The notes: a model not told the origin generated them from the letters alone. DNA of 46,234 nucleotides from a virus (IMGVR_UViG_3300043579_000052:1-46234); one strand, 5' to 3'. Numbered from the stretch's first letter, positions 26,013-35,220 are shown. A program made the numbers and translations.

Positions 26013-26611
26013 GCTCTCACCCATGCGATCACCGGGCCCGCTCCGGTGAAGTTCCCGCCCTCCCAGTCGTCGCCGACATAGGAGGTGATATTGGTGCGAG
26101 AGAAGATGCCGGGCACGCCGCTAGCCAGCGCGGAGTCCGTGGTGGATAGCTTTTGCGCCCCGTTCTGGAATAGCCGCAGCGCCGTTCCCTCGCATTCGAT
26201 CTCGATGATGTCGCCGCTCGTAGCTGTGGCGGTTGTCGACGTGAGCACCGTGTCGGCGCCGTTCACAAGCTTTCCCAGCACCAGCGTATGCGTGCCTCCG
26301 CTCACGGCGTCCGAGTCGATGAGCGAGTAATAGCAATCGAAGTTCGGGTCCACGTCGGCTGATATCCGGACCGCGACCCCCGCGCCGTGTCCAGCGCCCT
26401 CGTTCGTCATCGTCTGGATCTTGGCGAGAGAGTAATTGTCGGTTGTGAAGCTGCCCGCGCCCACCCAGCGCGCAATGCCGTACAGGGAGAAGTGGCTCGC
26501 CCGGTATGTGACGCTAGACTCGATGACGATCGGCGATGAGCCGACGTTCGTCCAGTCCGTGCCGAGCGCGGCGCGGTTGAAGTTGTCGCTCGCAACCAGC
26601 GTCCTAGCCAT
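26009..26611 (-). CDS. ConA/lectin-like beta-sandwich virion protein (paralog of 15636-16244)
   Basis: SDNFNRA.LG.DW start; GDIIEIECEGTALRLFQNG...DSALASGVPGI; DDWEGGNF. Confidence 0.7.
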   Translation of the reverse strand: MARTLVASDNFNRAALGTDWTNVGSSPIVIESSVTYRASHFSLYGIARWVGAGSFTTDNYSLAKIQTMTNEGAGHGAGVAVRISADVDPNFDCYYSLIDSDAVSGGTHTLVLGKLVNGADTVLTSTTATATSGDIIEIECEGTALRLFQNGAQKLSTTDSALASGVPGIFSRTNITSYVGDDWEGGNFTGAGPVIAWVRA

Positions 26612-27059
26612 TGACCCTCACGTCGTCCTCCCCTGGCGTGTAGCCTAGGAGATGCCGAAAGATGAGCGCGAGCACCTGCAGCCACGTCGATTGCAGCGTG
26701 AGGGGCGAGGTATCGACGCCTCGGCTCGTGAGTTTCAGATCCATCGCCTGCCGGCGCGCCGCAGGGATGTCTCCGACCGTGTGTGACTTTAGAAACGCTT
26801 TCACCTCTGCAAACGTGTCGATGGTGTCCGGGAGGTCGATGCCGAAGATGCGGTCCATCTCGGCATCTGCGTCCACGGCAGACCAGTCGTCTGATCGTGC
26901 GATGCACGCGCACCATGTAAATTTGGGCGTGCCGTCCTCGTTTGATGGAATGACCGCGCTGTAGGGCGCGAGGCCGTCGATCTTCGGCCGGTACGGATTT
27001 CGTACCACGCCGTTTGTTCCGTCTCCGACCACGGGGCAGATCATGAAGCGCAGGCCCAT
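26604..27059 (-). CDS. hypothetical protein
   Basis: MGLRFMICPVVGDGT...NPYRP start just after the fibre stop. Confidence 0.7.
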   Translation of the reverse strand: MGLRFMICPVVGDGTNGVVRNPYRPKIDGLAPYSAVIPSNEDGTPKFTWCACIARSDDWSAVDADAEMDRIFGIDLPDTIDTFAEVKAFLKSHTVGDIPAARRQAMDLKLTSRGVDTSPLTLQSTWLQVLALIFRHLLGYTPGEDDVRVNG

Positions 27060-27061
27060 CC

Positions 27062-29098
27062 CTACGCTCTCCTGATGAGCTGGAAGTACGGACGGATATT
27101 GCTCGCCATGGCCGATATGCTCGCGAGACCGATGGAATCCTTGGTCATGACATTCGCGTTCGTCGTCCAGAATCCGAGTCCTGGCTGCAACTGGATCGAG
27201 GTGTTCGTGGCAACGCCCGGGAAGCCCGGCTGCGTGTTGGTCTGCGAGACACCGATCCAGCTCATCCCGAGGCTTGCGCCGACGAGGCCGGCCGGGCCGT
27301 TGTTGCTCGAGGTCGAGCTTTCGCCGAAGCCCACCCAATAAATCCCAGGAGAGAGAGAGCCGGCGAACGGCATGTCGTTGAAGCGCCAGCCGGTGAAGTT
27401 AGAGAGCAGGTTGCTGCTCACGTTGTACGTCCCGCTCGAGACGTTATAGGAGGTCGTGTAGACGCTATCAGTGGCACCCTCACGCGGGTAGGTGAGGTTG
27501 AAGGTCACCGTGTACTGCGAGCCTGCCGTGCCATTGCCGATTCGAGTCTGGAGCGTCCACGCACCCGAGGTCGAGGTGTAGGAGCCCAGGCTCATGGAGC
27601 TTGCGCCACCCATCTGCGTATAGAGGACTATGGCATCCGTGTGGAAGCGCGAGCCCGAGAACGTCGTATTCGCAGAGGTGCCGCCGAACGTCGTCGAGAC
27701 GTGCGACATGGATTTCGCCATGCGCAGGAACGACGCCGATACCGGGAATGGCAGGACCACCGGGGCCACCCAGATCGTGCTGCCGCCGGGGTCGATCGTG
27801 GCCGAATGGTGGTCCATCGCGATGTTGTCGAAGTACGACGCCATCGCCATGCCGACGCTGATGGTCGATCCCGCAGTGCTGACCGTCACCCCGTTGAAGC
27901 CTACGAGGCTCGAGGTCGGCGGCGCGCTGATGACGATCTGGCTCGCATTGGTCCCTGAGAGCGTGAGGTTCAGGCCCGAGAGTCCGATGGTCGAGCCCGT
28001 CGCCGTGGTGTTCCCCGCCGTATTCGCGCCCAGCAGGTTGATCGCGTTCTGCTCGGCCGCGGCGCCCGGAGCCGCCACCGAGAGCGAGAGATTCAGCCCG
28101 ACGCTGTTCTGAGTGATCGATCCTGAGATGTTCGCGCCGTTGAACGTCGTTCCGGTCCCCGCATAGCCCGCAGCGTTCAGGCTCAGGCCGGATGAGTTCA
28201 CCGTCCACGTTACGTTCGTCTGCGCGGTGTTCAGACCGATGGCGTCGGTCGAGGCGCGCGCGGTGGTGAGAGCCGTCGTAAGGAAGGCGGGCACGCCAAG
28301 AGACAGGCCGACCGTGTTGTGCGTCCCTACGATCGCCGTTCCCGCCGTGGTCGTGCTGGTGAAGCCCGTCCCAGCATAGCCGCCCGCGTTCAGGCTGATG
28401 CCGCTCGAATTCACCGTCCAGGTGACGTTGGTCTGGGCGCTGTTCAGCCCAACGGCATCCGTCGATCCGCGGGCAGTCGTCAGCCACTTTGGGTAGAGGA
28501 TGGATACGCCATCGGTGTTCACCGTGAGCGCGAGGTCGGTCCCGGCAACGGTCCCGACGCTCTCGCCCACGCCCGCGTAATTGGTCGACACGCTCGCCGT
28601 GACCGTGGAGCCAGCGGTGCCGAAGGTCACGCCGTTCAGGTTGCTGAACGAGTACTGACTGTGCGAGTGGGTCGACTGGCTGTAGCTTCCGGTGACGGTC
28701 GAGCCGTTGGTACCCCACGCGAGACCGTTGGAATCACTCAGCACGAATGCCGTGTGCGGGTGCGTGGACTGCGTGTAGCTCCCTGTGATCGTGGAGCCGT
28801 TCAGGCCGAACGCGAGGCCGTTCAGATCCGCGAAGACGACGCTGCCGATATTTCCGCTGGTGGTGCCGGCGCTGAAGTTGATCGGCGAGGGCGCGCCGGC
28901 CGGGGCTGCTGCGGTGATGAAGCCGTCCGCTGAGAGCCCGAAGGTGATGCCGCCGCCGTTTGCGAACGCTCCTGAAATCTCGCTCCCGAGCGCATTCAGC
29001 GTGATCGCGTGGCTAGAGTTCCAGTGCTTGGGCTGGATCTCGAAGCTCGGATCGTCCGGCGTCGTGGCCGACAGTACGTGAGAGGCGGTGATACCCAT
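27062..29098 (-). CDS. Ser/Thr/Gly-rich repetitive fibre-like virion protein
   Basis: N-terminal H..S.TPDD....IQPKHWNSSH, internal repeats, beta-rich C-terminal domain. Alternative GTG start at 29131. Confidence 0.75.
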   Translation of the reverse strand: MGITASHVLSATTPDDPSFEIQPKHWNSSHAITLNALGSEISGAFANGGGITFGLSADGFITAAAPAGAPSPINFSAGTTSGNIGSVVFADLNGLAFGLNGSTITGSYTQSTHPHTAFVLSDSNGLAWGTNGSTVTGSYSQSTHSHSQYSFSNLNGVTFGTAGSTVTASVSTNYAGVGESVGTVAGTDLALTVNTDGVSILYPKWLTTARGSTDAVGLNSAQTNVTWTVNSSGISLNAGGYAGTGFTSTTTAGTAIVGTHNTVGLSLGVPAFLTTALTTARASTDAIGLNTAQTNVTWTVNSSGLSLNAAGYAGTGTTFNGANISGSITQNSVGLNLSLSVAAPGAAAEQNAINLLGANTAGNTTATGSTIGLSGLNLTLSGTNASQIVISAPPTSSLVGFNGVTVSTAGSTISVGMAMASYFDNIAMDHHSATIDPGGSTIWVAPVVLPFPVSASFLRMAKSMSHVSTTFGGTSANTTFSGSRFHTDAIVLYTQMGGASSMSLGSYTSTSGAWTLQTRIGNGTAGSQYTVTFNLTYPREGATDSVYTTSYNVSSGTYNVSSNLLSNFTGWRFNDMPFAGSLSPGIYWVGFGESSTSSNNGPAGLVGASLGMSWIGVSQTNTQPGFPGVATNTSIQLQPGLGFWTTNANVMTKDSIGLASISAMASNIRPYFQLIRRA

Positions 29099-29132
29099 GA
29101 TTAAAAGAAAAAGTGCGAGCGAGCGCAGCACA

Positions 29133-31385
29133 TTAATGCCTCGTCGCAGGCCGAACGCCAGTGATGTTCCCCTGTTTGTCGCGCACGACTTCCTTCGGTG
29201 CACTGTGAGCCTCCGCGAGATCCTTCATCGCCTGCGCGAGTTGCGCCATCGCTGCGTCGTGCTTCTGCACGTCCTGCTTTCGGCTGGGCTTCTCGGCCTG
29301 CTTCTCGAGTTCCTTGTCCTTGTTCACGGAGTCCGCGATGAGCTTCTGGCTCTGAAGCTCCTTATCCTTGCCGGCCTCGAACTGCGCCATGTCGGATTCG
29401 TGCCCGGCCTCGAACACCTTCATTGCCGCATCGGCCTTGATCCGCATTTCTTCCTTCTGAATTTCAGCCGCCGAATTGATCTGCGCCACAGCGATCGAAG
29501 TTGCCTGTTGGATTCGCGCCACGCTGTCAGCGTTCATCAGCTCCATCTGCTTCACGCGCTCAGCGGACTGCAACTCGGCGGCGCTGGTCTGCTGTGCCAT
29601 CTGCGCCTTGATGAGTTCCGGCGGAGGGGATGGCTGCGGCGGCGGGTTATTCTGTCCAGGCGGCGTGAAGAACTCCCCCTCCTGCTTATAGCCCGCAGTC
29701 TCCTGCAAGCGCTTCGCAGAGTTGTAGAGGTTCTGGTCCTGGACCATGTGGGACTTGCCGGCCATCAGCAATTCCTTCTGCACGCCCATGATCTGACCGA
29801 GGTGCGCGGCCTGCGCCGCCTTGTCGTTCGTGCCGAGGCCCACGTTCACCGTCATGTCCCACTGCGTCTTCCACTCGCGCGGGTCGACGTTCACCCATTC
29901 GCCCTTCAGCCGCATCGAGATCGGCTTTCCGGCGCGGGTCTTCTTCAGGAGATGCTTGATCCCCTGCATGAGATCCTTCACGCCGGTCTCGGCGAACATG
30001 CGTGCTATCAGCTTCGCGCGCTTCGCCGAAGCCGACGAGATGATCGAGATCCCGGTCGCGGTCTTGTTCAGCGCGTTCGCATCCAGGCCCTGCGAATAGC
30101 GCGTGAACCCGGTGCGGTTTTCCTTGGCGGCGTCCTCATACTCGAGCATCGGAAACGCCTGCTGCCCGACGAAGCGATGCTCCATCATCGCCATCGCCAT
30201 GTTCGGGTTCGTCTTGAATCTGACGACTCCTCCTGGTCGTGAGACCAGGAGGTCGTCAAGATTCACCATGCTCTCCATGACCCCGGTGCGTGGCTGTAGC
30301 GCGAGGTAGAGCGAGTCGATCATGCCGCGCTTGATGATTGTTTTAACCTTCTGCGACATCATCGAGTTGTCCGCCGCCGAGAGCCCGAAGAACCGATACG
30401 GCATCGGTGTCGGGCAGATCGCGGCGAACGGGACGTGATCGGCATAATCGTCCTCGTAGATCGTTTTCCCGATCTTCACGATGCGGCGGCGTTCGGCGAG
30501 TCCGTCTCCGTCTCGGTCCACGAGCGCGGATACTTCGCTCACCAGGAGGAGCTTCTGCGATGGGTCGGAGTTATCGGGCTCTCCGGGGAAGGCTTCCTCG
30601 GCGAACCTGCGCCTCGCGATGTATTCTGGGGAGAACGTGTTGGAGATGTCGCTCGATTCGTCCGGGTCCACGTCGATCCCCATCGAGCGGATGGTGGAGA
30701 CTGTGAGCGGGCGCACGTGCTCGAAGAAGCGCACTTCGCGCAGCGAGATCGAGTTGTGATCGACGCAGACGCGAAACTCCTCGCTCGGCACGCCGACCAC
30801 GCATATCTTCCCGTTCTGGTCCACGATCTTTACCTGAACGTCGTGGAGCGACTGGCCCTGCATCATTGGGTCGGGCGCGGCGCTGTGCTGGAGCACCGTG
30901 ACGCCTGTCTGGTTCACGAGCATCTGAAATTCGACTTCGTTCAGAGCGTCGTAGCGCTCGAAGCTAGGAGTAGCGTACTGATCGTGGTAGTACTTCCAGA
31001 TGCCGACCTTTTCAAGCAACGCGGCCTTAAAGCTCTCATACAGCAACAGAGCCCCATTGTTCTGCCGGTAAAACACATAATTAACCGCCGCCGTGGCCTG
31101 CTCAGCCGCTTTCGTGTCCTCCTGCCCTTCCGGCTCGAACTTCACCACGTCATCCGATGAGAGGAACACATCCAGAAGGTCAGGAAGCATTCCGTCCACG
31201 GTGTCGCGCACGTCGGTTTCCACGACATCGGAGCGGCCCTCGGGGGCCTGCACCTCGATCTGGCCGTGGTAGTAGTTCAGCGCCATCTCGCGTTCGCGCG
31301 AGAGATCGCCCGCGTGGAATCCGAGCGCCTGGCCCTCCTCGTTGTCGATCCAGCTCACCAGATCGGCATCGGACATCTCAGCCAT
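29133..31385 (-). CDS. portal protein (P22-like, long C-terminal barrel)
   Basis: REMALNYYHG...GRSDVVETDVRDTVD.MLPDLL..F, VVKFEP...ED...AEQAT...NYVF, TP.PYRFFGLS. Confidence 0.92.
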   Translation of the reverse strand: MAEMSDADLVSWIDNEEGQALGFHAGDLSREREMALNYYHGQIEVQAPEGRSDVVETDVRDTVDGMLPDLLDVFLSSDDVVKFEPEGQEDTKAAEQATAAVNYVFYRQNNGALLLYESFKAALLEKVGIWKYYHDQYATPSFERYDALNEVEFQMLVNQTGVTVLQHSAAPDPMMQGQSLHDVQVKIVDQNGKICVVGVPSEEFRVCVDHNSISLREVRFFEHVRPLTVSTIRSMGIDVDPDESSDISNTFSPEYIARRRFAEEAFPGEPDNSDPSQKLLLVSEVSALVDRDGDGLAERRRIVKIGKTIYEDDYADHVPFAAICPTPMPYRFFGLSAADNSMMSQKVKTIIKRGMIDSLYLALQPRTGVMESMVNLDDLLVSRPGGVVRFKTNPNMAMAMMEHRFVGQQAFPMLEYEDAAKENRTGFTRYSQGLDANALNKTATGISIISSASAKRAKLIARMFAETGVKDLMQGIKHLLKKTRAGKPISMRLKGEWVNVDPREWKTQWDMTVNVGLGTNDKAAQAAHLGQIMGVQKELLMAGKSHMVQDQNLYNSAKRLQETAGYKQEGEFFTPPGQNNPPPQPSPPPELIKAQMAQQTSAAELQSAERVKQMELMNADSVARIQQATSIAVAQINSAAEIQKEEMRIKADAAMKVFEAGHESDMAQFEAGKDKELQSQKLIADSVNKDKELEKQAEKPSRKQDVQKHDAAMAQLAQAMKDLAEAHSAPKEVVRDKQGNITGVRPATRH

Positions 31386-31621
31386 TAGAGGTTCTCGATC
31401 TTTCGCATGCCAAGCGATAGTAAAAAGTGTGCTGTTGGTCCGATTTCTGGAGCGGTGCCGCACAAACCCACGGCTATTTCTCCGTTCCCTTGGTCGATCA
31501 CCCAGGCGAGGTTATGCGCGTCGCCATACTTTCCAGCCTCGACAGAATTAGCCAACTCGCGCAACATGCGCGGAACATCGGTAATGTCGCGCTCAGGGAA
31601 CTGCAGGAGTTCTGCTGCCAT
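31385..31621 (-). CDS. hypothetical protein
   Basis: DVPRMLRELANSVEAGKYG motif; TAATG coupling. Confidence 0.7.
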   Translation of the reverse strand: MAAELLQFPERDITDVPRMLRELANSVEAGKYGDAHNLAWVIDQGNGEIAVGLCGTAPEIGPTAHFLLSLGMRKIENL

Positions 31622-31857
31622 TACGGCGCCGCTCCGTTGCCCTGCCATGGCCCTTTGCAATTCACGACGTGCAGGTGATAAGCCGGCTTCACGCCGCACT
31701 TCGGGCACATCTGGCGAGGCCCGTTCGGGTTTAGGTGCAGAGTTTCCTTCTTGGGCTGGCCCTCCTCGATGCTCTGTATGAGCCCGGTGACAAGCTCGCG
31801 CAGTACCTTCACTTCGTTCTCGAGGGTGGTAACGCGGACCTGCAGTTGCATGCTCAT
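31621..31857 (-). CDS. hypothetical protein, coiled coil + Zn finger
   Basis: CPKC...HVVNC. Confidence 0.7.
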   Translation of the reverse strand: MSMQLQVRVTTLENEVKVLRELVTGLIQSIEEGQPKKETLHLNPNGPRQMCPKCGVKPAYHLHVVNCKGPWQGNGAAP

Positions 31858-32090
31858 GGCCCCTCCCCTTCTAACTCAACTGGCTTTCCTGCCTTCACTT
31901 CTTCCTCGTGGAGCCATGAGAAGAATTCGTGGTTGTCTGATGTCGGCTCTGGCTCCTTTACGAGCTTCTTACCTTGCAGGAACTCACTCTCGAAGTATCT
32001 CCATATGGTGCGCTCGGCCAAGCCTTCTGGCATCTGAAACTGTCCCCATGCAGTGACGTAGAAGTTCAGAGAATTTTTCTCGAATTTCAC
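31854..32090 (-). CDS. hypothetical protein
   Basis: GTG start overlapping the terL stop. Confidence 0.55.
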   Translation of the reverse strand: MKFEKNSLNFYVTAWGQFQMPEGLAERTIWRYFESEFLQGKKLVKEPEPTSDNHEFFSWLHEEEVKAGKPVELEGEGP

Positions 32091-33538
32091 CGCAGGCCTA
32101 CCCTCGGGTAATTGAGCTTTTCCTTGAAGCGCCCACCCCCAGCGTCTTCCATCCTGGCGTAGAGCGCCGCGTATTGCGTGGCATCGGCCGGGTGGCTGTA
32201 CTCGTCCTTCTCCGGCGTGTCCTTGAAGCGCTCGAACCCGACCTGCACGCGCTTGTAGTGGTACTTCCCGAGAAATCCCTTGCGCACGCGCTCGCACTTC
32301 GGGTCCACCAGCAGCGCCGGCTGCCCATCCACCATGCGCCCCAGGTAGTGGCGCACCGCCTCGAGCCTGCCCATCAGCCTGTTCGTATGCGCCGGCACCG
32401 CGACAATTGCGTGATCCGCGAGCACATCGAAGGCGCTTCGCTCGTCGGACTCCTTCGCCATCCCCGCAGGGTCGCCTACGAAAATGATCTCCTTCCCCCG
32501 GTAATTCAGCGCAATGTGCGGCTTCAGGATGTCCTCGGCGAACGCCCCGACGCCGATGTCCCAGCCGTACAACTCATCGAAAATCCTGAACTGTCCGCGC
32601 GGCGTGATCTGTGTGAACACCGCCGCAGGCTCGCGCCCATAGTCCAGCCCGACGATGATCGGCAGACCCGTGAGCGGCTCGAGCGGTTTCTTCGAGCTGT
32701 GCGCGTCGTCCGAATACTCCGGGTACACCGGGCGCCCATCCACGAACGTGCCGTACTCGTTGGCGAGGAACACCTTGATCCACTCGCGGCGCTTTCCATG
32801 CACCATGCGCGTGTAGTACTCGGGCGGCAGGTTCGCGATGTTCTCGGCGTCCGGATTCACCCTCCAGCCATCGCCATCAGGCAGCACCCCGGGCGGCTGA
32901 TCAAAGAACTCATAGCCCGGCGGCCGGTCCACCTCCGCGAGCTTGTAGTACCAGTGATCCGTGTCCGGGGCGTTCGTGTCCATAATCACGCCCGTCCAGG
33001 TCGGCCCGCCATACTTCATCGGCGGATAACGCCCGACACGCTGCGTCACCATGTCGAACACCTCGCGCGCCATCTCGGAGGCCTCGTTCAGCCACGCCCA
33101 GGTGAGCTCGAGCGATCTCAGCTTCCCCGTCTCCTCCGGCCGGTCGATCGCGATGAACATCACCTCCAGATCCAGCGTCGTGCCATCGGGCAGCGGGAGC
33201 CTCCCCCGCGCACTGATCGGGGTGTCCCACCTCATCTCCATGAACGGCAGCCACTCCTGGAACGTCTTGATGGTCGTCGACTTCAGCTCGCCGTAGACAT
33301 TCCGCAGGATCGCTCCACGCACCCTGCGGACGCCGCCATGGGCCTTCTGCCTTCGCGAACGGGTAAACGCCTCCATCACGCAGGCGCTCGTCTTTGAGCT
33401 CCCGACCGGCCCACGCAATCCCCTCACGAACGTATTGCTGCGGTGAAACGCCGCGACAACCGGACCTGCGGGCTCGTACCTGAGTACCCCATCCGCTTGT
33501 TCTTTTTTCGGCTGGTGGGCGAGCGCGGGAGATGTCAT
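32087..33538 (-). CDS. terL: terminase large subunit
   Basis: Walker A GPVGSSKT, Walker B WAWLNEASE, IMDTNAPD; nuclease VGLDYG and HPADATQY. Confidence 0.93.
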   Translation of the reverse strand: MTSPALAHQPKKEQADGVLRYEPAGPVVAAFHRSNTFVRGLRGPVGSSKTSACVMEAFTRSRRQKAHGGVRRVRGAILRNVYGELKSTTIKTFQEWLPFMEMRWDTPISARGRLPLPDGTTLDLEVMFIAIDRPEETGKLRSLELTWAWLNEASEMAREVFDMVTQRVGRYPPMKYGGPTWTGVIMDTNAPDTDHWYYKLAEVDRPPGYEFFDQPPGVLPDGDGWRVNPDAENIANLPPEYYTRMVHGKRREWIKVFLANEYGTFVDGRPVYPEYSDDAHSSKKPLEPLTGLPIIVGLDYGREPAAVFTQITPRGQFRIFDELYGWDIGVGAFAEDILKPHIALNYRGKEIIFVGDPAGMAKESDERSAFDVLADHAIVAVPAHTNRLMGRLEAVRHYLGRMVDGQPALLVDPKCERVRKGFLGKYHYKRVQVGFERFKDTPEKDEYSHPADATQYAALYARMEDAGGGRFKEKLNYPRVGLR

Positions 33539-33966
33539 TCGATCAGCGGCGTCGCCCCCTGATGCTCAATCACCGCGGCTTCAGCAAAATCATCGTCATG
33601 CAGAGGCGCAATGTAAAAGTTGTACGTCACCCCTCCACCACCACCCTCCTGCTTCACCCCGTACAACGCCGGACACCGCCTCTCAAAATCCATCCGCGTG
33701 TACTTGCACTTCCGGTCAGCCTTCAAAAACTGCAACTTTGTCTTGGCGCCCTCCATCTCAGCATCAGCATCGGCCATCCTCTTCGCCATCGCCCGCGCCA
33801 CCAACTGCCTGTACTCCTCCCCACCCCCTACATACGCAAACATCCACTGATAAATCTGGTCACGATTCCTCCCCCTCTCAGCCGCCAATACCTGCACCGA
33901 CTCACCATCCAAATAGCGCCGCACAATCTCCGGCATCACCTCAATCGGCAGGTTCTCAGGCTTCAT
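33535..33966 (-). CDS. terS: terminase small subunit (putative)
   Basis: N-terminal HTH, ERRCPALYG motif, coupled upstream of terL. Confidence 0.7.
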   Translation of the reverse strand: MKPENLPIEVMPEIVRRYLDGESVQVLAAERGRNRDQIYQWMFAYVGGGEEYRQLVARAMAKRMADADAEMEGAKTKLQFLKADRKCKYTRMDFERRCPALYGVKQEGGGGGVTYNFYIAPLHDDDFAEAAVIEHQGATPLIE

Positions 33967-34489
33967 CTACAAGCGCCAGGCGCGGCCGCTTTCAAAATTC
34001 CTACCCGCAGCTTCTTCGCCCAACGCAGCAGCCACCATTCGGGAGGAGACGCACGTAGCCGCATGAGAGCTGTCTACGCACTACCCCAAAGAGATGCAAA
34101 TATGCGCACCTACACTTCGCGTAAGAGGTACTCCCGGAGCCGCAGCCACACCCCCGCCGATGGGAACCCACGGCGTTTTGTCGCGACCGGCAGGAAATCG
34201 GACCTCCCCACCCCCTTCACGTGAGCTTATCTAATGCGTGTTGCAATGATCATTATGTTAAATGGAGTGCTTGACCATTGATAACACAGAGCTATTTGGC
34301 TTGAGACAATCTAATCTGCCTACCTGCTACTACCGGTAGTGGCTGGCGCCTGGATCTGAGCACGCTCGAGCTGTCGATCGTGGGCTTATCAGATATGGCA
34401 GATTGTTAGACGCGCGCACACGCGCGATGCCGTACGCGGTCGCGTCGCGGTCTTTGATTTACTGCCGAGCGCTGTTAGGTTTTGGTGTT

Positions 34490-34601
34490 GCCCTAACTGA
34501 ACTGCCCTAACTGCCCTAACTCCTCCCCTGTTATACAGGGGGAGAGTAGTTAGGGCGGCCAGTTGGAGCAGTTTGGGCGCAGTTAGTGCGCTAGTTAGGG
34601 C
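34490..34601. repeat. putative replication origin: inverted GCCCTAACT iterons around a hairpin
   Basis: GCCCTAACT at 34490, 34504, 34513; hairpin CTCCCCTGT-TAT-ACAGGGGGAG at 34523-34544; AGTTAGGGC or variants at 34548, 34570, 34581, 34593. Confidence 0.75.
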
Positions 34602-34759
34602 GTGAGTTCGGGCGGCTTGGGGTGCTTCTTAAGGCGCTTTTGTGCTCGGTAGATTGTGCTGAGGGCGATGCCTGTCTTGCGTGCGGCTGCGTAGGGAGTG
34701 AGGCCCCTGGCGATGAGCTTTAGGGCCTTGTCGACGGCTGAGGACTGGCGGGCGGACAT
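34595..34759 (-). CDS. small HTH DNA-binding protein
   Basis: GLTPYAAARKTGIALSTIYRA; TAATG-coupled to the LPD29 gene. Confidence 0.8.
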   Translation of the reverse strand: MSARQSSAVDKALKLIARGLTPYAAARKTGIALSTIYRAQKRLKKHPKPPELTP

Positions 34760-35220
34760 TACAGACACCATGTCCGCTTGGAAAGCTCCTGTCTTATCAA
34801 GCTGCCCCAATCGCTGCGGTTGCGCAGCTCACCGCCAATGATCGGGGATGGAATGTTCCAGGCGCGGCCTTGCTGGTAGTCCTCAACCGAGGGGACCTTG
34901 ATGCCGTCGAAGTGATAGCGCTGCGTCACGGTGCGGATGGCGCCAGCAATGGCCGAATCGCTGTATTCGCGATTGGCGAAGATGTATTTCGCATCGCCAA
35001 AAGCGTCCGTCCAAGCGTGATCTTTGCGGTAATCGTATGAATCTGTCATGCCGTCGAAGTCGCCGGACTTATAACGCTGGATGATGGCATCGACTTGGCT
35101 CGAGGTAGGGCCGTCTATCCATTCGACGCGCATATCATCGCCCATAGAGAAACGGCTGGTTTTGACGCTGAACCGGGCTTTCTGGGCTTCATACTTCGCG
35201 GCTTGGGCTTGGTAATCCAT
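34759..35220 (-). CDS. LPD29-domain-like protein
   Basis: FSVKTSRFSMG..MRVEWIDGPT..QV......Y....FDGMTDSY...AKYIFANR; AAGGAG RBS. Confidence 0.7.
   Translation of the reverse strand: MDYQAQAAKYEAQKARFSVKTSRFSMGDDMRVEWIDGPTSSQVDAIIQRYKSGDFDGMTDSYDYRKDHAWTDAFGDAKYIFANREYSDSAIAGAIRTVTQRYHFDGIKVPSVEDYQQGRAWNIPSPIIGGELRNRSDWGSLIRQELSKRTWCL

Noticed and set aside
28155-28480. DGR template/variable repeat pair in the fibre gene
   Set aside because: Differences are mostly synonymous and not adenine-specific; no reverse transcriptase in the window.
29088-33397. Long + strand ORFs (29088-30242, 30435-31160, 32174-33397)
   Set aside because: Antisense to portal and terL; expected in high-GC coding DNA.
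34490-34601. TTAGGG/CCCTAA telomere-like repeats or a protelomerase site
   Set aside because: The unit is a 9-mer, not tandem hexamers; the palindrome is imperfect; no protelomerase gene recognised.
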